A DNA stretch of 32,000 nucleotides from NCBI RefSeq assembly GCF_000406145.1, contig NZ_CM001976.1:3101337-3133336 (forward strand), read 5' to 3'. The stretch is from Dickeya dadantii NCPPB 898 (lineage in GTDB: Bacteria; Pseudomonadota; Gammaproteobacteria; Enterobacterales; Enterobacteriaceae). This document shows positions 26,969-32,000 of the stretch, piece by piece. Under the pieces are notes generated by a model. That model made no database searches and was not told the DNA's origin. It worked only from the letters and a program-made list of their open reading frames with translations. Made by a program: the position numbers and the translations under genes. Position 1 is the stretch's first letter, and each line of letters opens with the position of its first letter.

Positions 26969-27454
26969 TCAGTTCATGAACTTCGTCATTTCCCACAATG
27001 CATAACCAGACGTTCCGGCTTTGTGGTGCGTCCATGTCACATCTTTATATCTGATAGAGATATGCTCCAATATCAGTCCAGCACCATCATCAATGATATT
27101 AGGCATGACAAGATTGATATCAGATATGAGTCCATCATTGATCTGAATGGAGAAAAACTTCTCTTGCTTGGCATGTTGCGTCGTGCGGTAAAAGTCGAGC
27201 AGCACTTTGACTTTCTCTTGCTCGTTCAATGCCATTGCCATTAACGGCGTTGACTTATCGATAGGTTTTACCAGGGTGATCGGGTTATGAACGGCATGGC
27301 CGTCATTGCTCATCATATGGTTAAAAGCCAAGATCATGATTTCATCGGTATGCCCTGCCTGATATCGGTTACCGATAGATTCTAATGTGGAGCAGCCCTC
27401 AGAAATCAATCCCTGTGATTTACCTTCGATAGTCATGTATGCATAATTAGCCAT
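26969..27454 (-). CDS. hcp: Type VI secretion tube protein Hcp (TssD), solitary copy (161 aa)
   Basis: MANYAYMTIEGKSQGLISEGCSTLESIGNRYQAGHTDEIMILAFNH...HNPITLVKPIDKSTPLMAMAL...FYRTTQHAKQEKFFSIQIN...ISIRYKDVTWTHHKAGTSGYALW carries the Hcp1-family hallmarks (IxGxxQGxIxxGCS..SIG...GHxDEI, GTSG near the C-terminus). RBS is AAGGAAA. Confidence 0.85.
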   Translation of the reverse strand: MANYAYMTIEGKSQGLISEGCSTLESIGNRYQAGHTDEIMILAFNHMMSNDGHAVHNPITLVKPIDKSTPLMAMALNEQEKVKVLLDFYRTTQHAKQEKFFSIQINDGLISDINLVMPNIIDDGAGLILEHISIRYKDVTWTHHKAGTSGYALWEMTKFMN

Positions 27455-27543
27455 ATAAATTTCCTTTTCAATGGTTTGCGCTTTGCATATTATCGTTAAT
27501 GAACACTCAAGACCATTGATGCAATTATAATGATTAGGATGAT

Positions 27544-27720
27544 ATGGATATCAAAGAGCTCAGCGAATCGATTTGTTCATTCGTAAACTACGATGGGCGT
27601 TCCCCGTTGACTGAGAACGAAATAACCCTAATATACGAGTTTAAGAAGCAGCTTCTTGGTAGTGAAGTTGAGCCTCGTGATGTTTTTGTTGAAATATATT
27701 TAAAGCACTACAGACATTAG
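27544..27720 (+). CDS. Hypothetical small protein (58 aa), divergent from hcp
   Basis: ATG at 27544 with AGGA 4 nt upstream. Product is MDIKELSESICSFVNYDGRSPLTENEITLIYEFKKQLLGSEVEPRDVFVEIYLKHYRH. Below the ORF-track size cut-off. No family recognised. Confidence 0.4.
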   Translation: MDIKELSESICSFVNYDGRSPLTENEITLIYEFKKQLLGSEVEPRDVFVEIYLKHYRH

Positions 27721-27870
27721 ACTCTGGATATTAATCAGATTTAGTGAGTGATAAAGTACCAAATCCGGATACAAAAAACACTTCAATACTAGGCTTATTA
27801 GTATATTGAAAATATATAAATCGCCCTTTCAGGGATGCTTAGATCGATAATAAAAATTAAAATTATAACA

Positions 27871-27909
27871 TTAATAGCTAACAAGGATCCTCCACTCGTC
27901 AGCTATTAA
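27871..27909 (-). terminator. Possible terminator of the two-gene operon (9-bp inverted repeat, large loop)
   Basis: TTAATAGCT (27871-27879) and AGCTATTAA (27901-27909), 10 nt downstream of the stop at 27920 on the minus strand, followed by T-rich sequence. The 21-nt loop makes it weak. Confidence 0.3.
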
Positions 27910-27919
27910 TTTTAGCAAA

Positions 27920-29683
27920 TTATTCGATCAGTCGACACGTATCAAAATAAATATCTAAATTTAGATCCAAAGGTTTAGAAAAAAAACTTCTCTCATTTTT
28001 TCCATCACCAATGAAAAATAAACTCGTGCTTTCAGGAAAATATTTTTCTTTAATATCTTGAACTTTAGCCCTTCTAGTAATGCTGACTTTTTCACCACCG
28101 CCTGTCGATTTATCATCTGTATATTCTGAAATAGATATAAATGACTGAGTATCTGATGAAAGATTTTTCCCTACAAAAGATAATATGAGATCAAAATTTC
28201 TATCATCAATATCTTCTTTAAGGATCGCATCAAGCATAAATGGAAGCCTATGTATTTCAGCAGTCTTATCAATGAGATGATTTAATGCAAAGTGATATGA
28301 CATTACAGTTTTGTGCAACTCAACGCCCTGGAAAGGGAAAGAATTTATTTTATATAGTTCTGTGTATCTAGGTTCTTTTACATTGAATAATTGCATCTCA
28401 TTAAGATACCGTTGAAATATATCTTTAAAATCTTTTTCCTTATTAAACCGAGCCAAAAAAAGAGTCTGCTCCTCTTCCATCCCATCAATTAGTAATTTAA
28501 GATCGTTAACCCTTGTAGTATGCTCATCCATCTCTTTATGCATATTAGCTAAAAGCCGTACATTTGCTTTGTTGTCTATCCATGTATCAAAAGAAATGTT
28601 TTGTGATTTTTTTTCTATGAAATATGAATACTTAATCGATATATCTATTTCCAGGTTTTTAATCTTCGTCAACGAACTATTAATATCAGATTGAACCTCT
28701 TGGATTTTAGAATTTATTTTCTCTAAAAGTTTATCAGTATCGTTTATATTTTGATAAAAACTATATAACCCTTCTAAAGAGTATGGAAGTATTTGTGTGC
28801 AAGCAGGGCAACGGTCAATATCATTATAGCTTTGACTTTTAATATTCCTTTTCGTCCTTCTAAGTATTTTAAGGTGATTTCTAGTCAATGATAACTTATT
28901 ACATAAACTTGTATATGTATCGCGTTCACCATCTAACAGTTCTATTGATTGAATATAACCATCGATATATTTCTGAGCCTCATCACCAAACTCTTCATCT
29001 AATAATTTAGATACAACCAAGCGAGGTTCATTACTATATTTATTTAACGAGGAAATTTTAGATTGAAGCTGCGCAGTTTCTTTTTTTAATTGATAAAAAT
29101 GCTCTTTATCAAATGTGTTTTCAATACCCAAATAGTAATCAAGGTATGTATCTTTAAAATCTTTATAAAAACCAAGATTAGAAAATGACTCTCTTAAATA
29201 GACCCACCCTACAGACTGAGAAATATAGTAAGGAAGAAACATGCATTCTATTGATGCTTTTTTTAATTCTCCTTTTTGCTCTAAAAGCATATTAAAACCA
29301 AAAAGATGAGATAGTTTTTCTTTAAGCTTTATATGTTCAACTCGCGTATCAGCATCAATTCCATGAAAGCTAACAACGCTCCCTCCAACTTCCCTTAAAT
29401 ATATGCTACCTGAGTTTCTTACTATAGTATATTTCTCTTCCCCCTGACCTTTGTTAATAACAAAATCCAATCTAAAGATAGGATTATAATTAATAATTTC
29501 ACTTAATCCGTCTTTGACATCATTTATACCAAAAGTAAACAATATACTCTGTATTAAAGTGCTTTTACCAGAAGTATTACAGCCACTAATTATATTTATT
29601 GCATGTGAAAACCTTTGGTCAAAATATAAACCATGTGTTTCAGAAGCAACAAAAAGTCTATCAAATCTGATAATTGTCTTCAT
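27920..29683 (-). CDS. SMC/Rad50-like P-loop ATPase with central coiled coil and CxxC (LmuB/DUF3732-like), 587 aa
   Basis: N-terminal head: AINIISGCNTSGKSTLIQSILFTFG (Walker A 29558-29584). Residues ~190-440 are long heptad-like K/E/L/I/N-rich segments with CPAC at 292-295. C-terminal head: VMSYHFALNHLIDKTAEIHRLPFMLDAILKEDID (signature/Walker-B-like). The start is 8 nt after the upstream stop (TAAGGAATGCCATG). Confidence 0.8.
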   Translation of the reverse strand: MKTIIRFDRLFVASETHGLYFDQRFSHAINIISGCNTSGKSTLIQSILFTFGINDVKDGLSEIINYNPIFRLDFVINKGQGEEKYTIVRNSGSIYLREVGGSVVSFHGIDADTRVEHIKLKEKLSHLFGFNMLLEQKGELKKASIECMFLPYYISQSVGWVYLRESFSNLGFYKDFKDTYLDYYLGIENTFDKEHFYQLKKETAQLQSKISSLNKYSNEPRLVVSKLLDEEFGDEAQKYIDGYIQSIELLDGERDTYTSLCNKLSLTRNHLKILRRTKRNIKSQSYNDIDRCPACTQILPYSLEGLYSFYQNINDTDKLLEKINSKIQEVQSDINSSLTKIKNLEIDISIKYSYFIEKKSQNISFDTWIDNKANVRLLANMHKEMDEHTTRVNDLKLLIDGMEEEQTLFLARFNKEKDFKDIFQRYLNEMQLFNVKEPRYTELYKINSFPFQGVELHKTVMSYHFALNHLIDKTAEIHRLPFMLDAILKEDIDDRNFDLILSFVGKNLSSDTQSFISISEYTDDKSTGGGEKVSITRRAKVQDIKEKYFPESTSLFFIGDGKNERSFFSKPLDLNLDIYFDTCRLIE

Positions 29684-29691
29684 GGCATTCC

Positions 29692-30801
29692 TTAATCATA
29701 ACACTCCACATAAGAACAAAGAACCGCAAAAAAAGTATCAATATTACTTAGGTTTAAATGGTGATTCTTTTTAATATCGTTAACATATGCATTTAATATA
29801 TCTTGAATAGTAAAATACTGGGCTGTGTAATCGTTATTTCTAATAAAATTCTTAATAATTTGATAATCGTAATTACTCATATCCTTAAGTAATTCAAAAG
29901 AATTAATTATGTAATCTCCATGTCTTTTCTGTATGTTCATTGGTATTTTAAATTGTACTGAGAATTGTTGAGCGGCTGTTCGCCAGTGATCGAATGCTTT
30001 TTGCTGTGAGTCAATTATATTCATAACCATCTTAACTTCCTCACCTTCAACCCTTTTTGCTGGATCAAGCAAGCATATCTCCTGCCCTTGATTATATACT
30101 GTCTCCACATTCCTAAATAGATTAAGTATTACGTCAATAGCCGCTTTCGGATCAATTATATGTGGAAACTTTCTAGACATTAGTCCTATAAGCGATTCTT
30201 TCTGTTTCGCCGCTGTTCTAGGAAAATCTACCCACTGAATAATTAAATTATCTAATTCCTGTCGATGGAAAACAGAAGACTCATCACTACAGATCTCAGC
30301 AACTTTCTTTTCGATTTTATTTTTAATATTCTCGTGTAACTTATCATATAAACAGAGAGAATTCTGCTCGTTTATCTTTGATACCTGCTCAACAACACCT
30401 TCGTTTTTAAGCTTCTTTGATGGTGAGTATTTTAATTCCATTTCGGTGTTTGATATAAATGTTAACTGGTGCTTGTAATCTTCACTTTTTTCGAAAGAAT
30501 CATTTCTCAGATTATCCCCAACCAATAGTATTTTCGATACCATCTCTGAGAATCTAGCGTCTATAGTCCATATTTTCCCACTGAGTTTCTTGGCTTGGTA
30601 GGCATGAACTTCGTTAATATAATTCAAGCAGTCGGTTTTAAAACAAAAGAGAAAGTCATCATGATGTTCAATACAAATAAAAAAACTCTTATTTACGAAA
30701 GAATTGAAATTTTCTAATAGAAGATATAGCGCACAGTTTCTTTGAAATTCGAAACCAGTTAACGCATCAACCCCAGCATTTATCGCTTTATTTTTAGCCA
30801 C
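29692..30801 (-). CDS. PD-(D/E)xK nuclease-like effector (Cap4-nuclease/DUF4297-like N-domain, LmuA-like), about 369 aa
   Basis: N-terminal LTGFEFQRNCALYLLL...FFICIEHHDDFLFCF...VHAYQAKKLSG fits the GFxFQ...E-x-x-D-D...Q-x-K layout of DUF4297/Cap4 nuclease domains (from memory). The C-terminal ~200 aa is helical and unassigned. The GTG at 30801 has AGGAG 6 nt upstream. The maximal ORF starts at a TTG at 30816. Confidence 0.75.
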   Translation of the reverse strand: MAKNKAINAGVDALTGFEFQRNCALYLLLENFNSFVNKSFFICIEHHDDFLFCFKTDCLNYINEVHAYQAKKLSGKIWTIDARFSEMVSKILLVGDNLRNDSFEKSEDYKHQLTFISNTEMELKYSPSKKLKNEGVVEQVSKINEQNSLCLYDKLHENIKNKIEKKVAEICSDESSVFHRQELDNLIIQWVDFPRTAAKQKESLIGLMSRKFPHIIDPKAAIDVILNLFRNVETVYNQGQEICLLDPAKRVEGEEVKMVMNIIDSQQKAFDHWRTAAQQFSVQFKIPMNIQKRHGDYIINSFELLKDMSNYDYQIIKNFIRNNDYTAQYFTIQDILNAYVNDIKKNHHLNLSNIDTFFAVLCSYVECYD

Positions 30802-31002
30802 CTGACTCTCCTGCAATAGCTAAAAATTTCAATTGTTATCCAGCTATCCTGCGGACGCAAATGAAACCATTTAAACGACATATATCATGAAAACGGGAAA
30901 AAATAAAATTACACAGACATGTTTAGTGATCTAAAACTCTGTTTAGAATACTGTTTTTTTATACAGACAGAGGACGTAGAGATCTTATAAAAAGAAAAGA
31001 GA

Positions 31003-31194
31003 TCACTTAGGCTCAATCCCCTGCTTACGAAGCTCTTTACGGGCAAGTTCTTTGAACCAGTTGCCGAGGCTGACACCTTCTTTTGCTACGACTTCATCGA
31101 GCTGTTCACGTAACTCAGGTGAGATCCGGATCTGAAAAGTGGGTGATTTCCCCACTGATGAAGATTTTTTAGTGTCGCGTTTAATCGTTGACAT
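31003..31194 (-). CDS. Ribbon-helix-helix (Arc/CopG-like) DNA-binding protein, 63 aa
   Basis: Basic N-tail, then TFQIRISPELREQLDEVVAKEGVSLGNWFKELARKEL, a beta-strand/helix/helix pattern typical of RHH repressors and antitoxins. Same strand as the two-gene operon and 186 nt upstream of it. Confidence 0.6.
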   Translation of the reverse strand: MSTIKRDTKKSSSVGKSPTFQIRISPELREQLDEVVAKEGVSLGNWFKELARKELRKQGIEPK

Positions 31195-31236
31195 GTACGT
31201 ACCTTTTTAACTATGCTGAGTTTTATAGGTACGTAC
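31195..31236. promoter_or_regulatory. Candidate operator: inverted pair of 10-mers, each containing the palindrome GTACGTAC
   Basis: GTACGTACCT (31195-31204, abutting the RHH start codon) and AGGTACGTAC (31227-31236) are exact reverse complements. Palindrome centres are 34 bp apart, in the divergent promoter region. Confidence 0.5.
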
Positions 31237-31434
31237 AATATCACAAACGCATCTTATACTCATCACCTGTTTCGCCCCTGAAAGGTAGTGCAATACCAGA
31301 CAGGGGCTAACCACACCGTTAAGGAAGTAACGATATGGCTATCAGCAAGTCTAGCAATTCCCTTTTGGATAAGCACCTTAAACAAGTTAAACGTTATTTT
31401 AATCTGTTCCGGCAACAAGCTACGGAGGTGCGTT

Positions 31435-31623
31435 ATGTTCGATAACACACCTTTAGAGCAGGAAGAAATCATCGATCAGTGCAGAGCATTGATCTACGCC
31501 GTTATCGAAACCAAACAGCCACAAGTCAAAGAAATTCTGACGTTCATTCTTTGGGAACGGTTGGATTGGTTGTATCAGGATTTTCATGCGGAAGACGAAC
31601 ACAAACTCAGTGATATGAAATAA
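31435..31623 (+). CDS. Hypothetical small acidic protein (62 aa)
   Basis: ATG at 31435 with GGAGG 6 nt upstream. Product is MFDNTPLEQEEIIDQCRALIYAVIETKQPQVKEILTFILWERLDWLYQDFHAEDEHKLSDMK. The 111-aa ORF-track version has a hydrophobic, RBS-less extension. Confidence 0.5.
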   Translation: MFDNTPLEQEEIIDQCRALIYAVIETKQPQVKEILTFILWERLDWLYQDFHAEDEHKLSDMK

Positions 31624-31704
31624 ATTCCATTTATAATTGAAATTTTAAGTAATAATAGAGCTATAATCTTATAGCTCTTTATAATATGATACGTTATGAT
31701 TTCA

Positions 31705-32000
31705 TCATTGATTATTTATACTTGAAGTTCTTATTGTCCCTAAGTGCCAATATCCACCACTATATGTTCTAGCTATAGTTAAAAATCCGCAGCACACAAG
31801 AATAGTCAGCGAAACAAGAATGGTGTAATACCAATTAACATCAGAATCAACGGAAAATTTGGGGAGTGAATAAAATAGCAACCCACACCATATTATGGTT
31901 ATAAAAAGACTGATTAATTGATTTATTTTAGATACAGAAATAGGTGATGGACCGGTGAGAATGTGGATAAAATTTTCTTTTATTCCTATAGGCTTAGAGC
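31705..32000 (-). CDS. 3' end of a hypothetical membrane protein (start beyond the window)
   Basis: The minus frame is open from the window edge: ...ISLFITIIWCGLLFYSLPKFSVDSDVNWYYTILVSLTILVCCGFLTIARTYSGGYWHLGTIRTSSINNQ-TGA (stop 31705-31707). Two TM helices. Not in the ORF track because it has no start in the window. Confidence 0.45.
   Translation of the reverse strand, partial: SKPIGIKENFIHILTGPSPISVSKINQLISLFITIIWCGLLFYSLPKFSVDSDVNWYYTILVSLTILVCCGFLTIARTYSGGYWHLGTIRTSSINNQ

Larger units (their letters stand above)
24409..32000. mobile_element. tRNA-Asn-associated genomic island (left end at the tRNA 3' end; right end beyond the window)
   Basis: Composition shifts abruptly to AT-rich directly after the tRNA. 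A P4-type integrase is the first gene. The cargo is hypothetical, defence-like and T6SS-related genes. No second copy of the tRNA 3' end (attR) was seen up to 32000. Confidence 0.8.

Noticed and set aside
30817-31002. Possible terminator or operator between the RHH gene and the nuclease gene (AGATCTC direct repeat, CTCTGT...ACAGAG inverted repeat).
   Set aside because: The stems are short (6-7 bp) with long loops, and the GTACGTAC operator motif is not shared. This is too weak to call, so it is unresolved whether the RHH gene is co-transcribed with the operon.
31263-31472. 69-aa minus-strand ORF overlapping the 31288-31623 plus-strand ORF.
   Set aside because: It has no RBS, and its 5' end overlaps the better-supported plus-strand gene, which has a GGAGG RBS at 31424-31428.
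24409-32000. A second copy of the tRNA-Asn 3' end (attR) that would close the island.
   Set aside because: I scanned for GTTCGAGTCCAGTCAGAGGAGCCA-like sequence and did not see it. The island boundary therefore remains open rather than called.

Overview
Enterobacterales-type chromosomal window. The core genes glyW, pgsA, uvrC, uvrY, yecF, cycA, nac and tRNA-Asn follow the E. coli order. There are four compositionally distinct blocks, with G+C judged by eye only. (1) 1-14928 is a single uninterrupted minus-strand frame of at least 4976 codons whose 3' end lies outside the window. It is missing from the supplied ORF track because it has no stop codon here. I translated it by hand as a G+C-rich multimodular trans-AT-type polyketide synthase: KS-DH-KR-ACP / KS-DH-ACP-ACP-(ACP-like with Ser->Thr) / KS-DH-KR-ACP / KS..., with no embedded acyltransferase. 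(2) 14929-17288 is an AT-rich accessory patch. It holds about 1 kb of non-coding leader, a 167-aa membrane protein, and an IS3-family orfA stub abutting a C-terminal JetD (Wadjet) remnant, and it ends at tRNA-Gly(GCC). (3) 17289-24408 is core: pgsA, uvrC, uvrY, yecF, a tRNA-Lys with anticodon CUU, cycA, a nac gene truncated to its HTH domain, and tRNA-Asn. (4) 24409-32000 is a very AT-rich genomic island at tRNA-Asn whose right end is not in the window. It carries a P4-type integrase, a membrane-protein ORF interrupted by an in-frame TGA, a solitary hcp, small ORFs, and an RHH regulator with a palindromic operator pair. It also carries a translationally coupled two-gene operon encoding a PD-(D/E)xK nuclease-like protein and an SMC/Rad50-like P-loop ATPase with a mid-protein CxxC. 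This operon is my best candidate for the interesting system. It looks like a Lamassu-type (LmuA/LmuB-like) or related anti-phage/anti-plasmid module, but that call rests on motif recognition from memory, not on a search.
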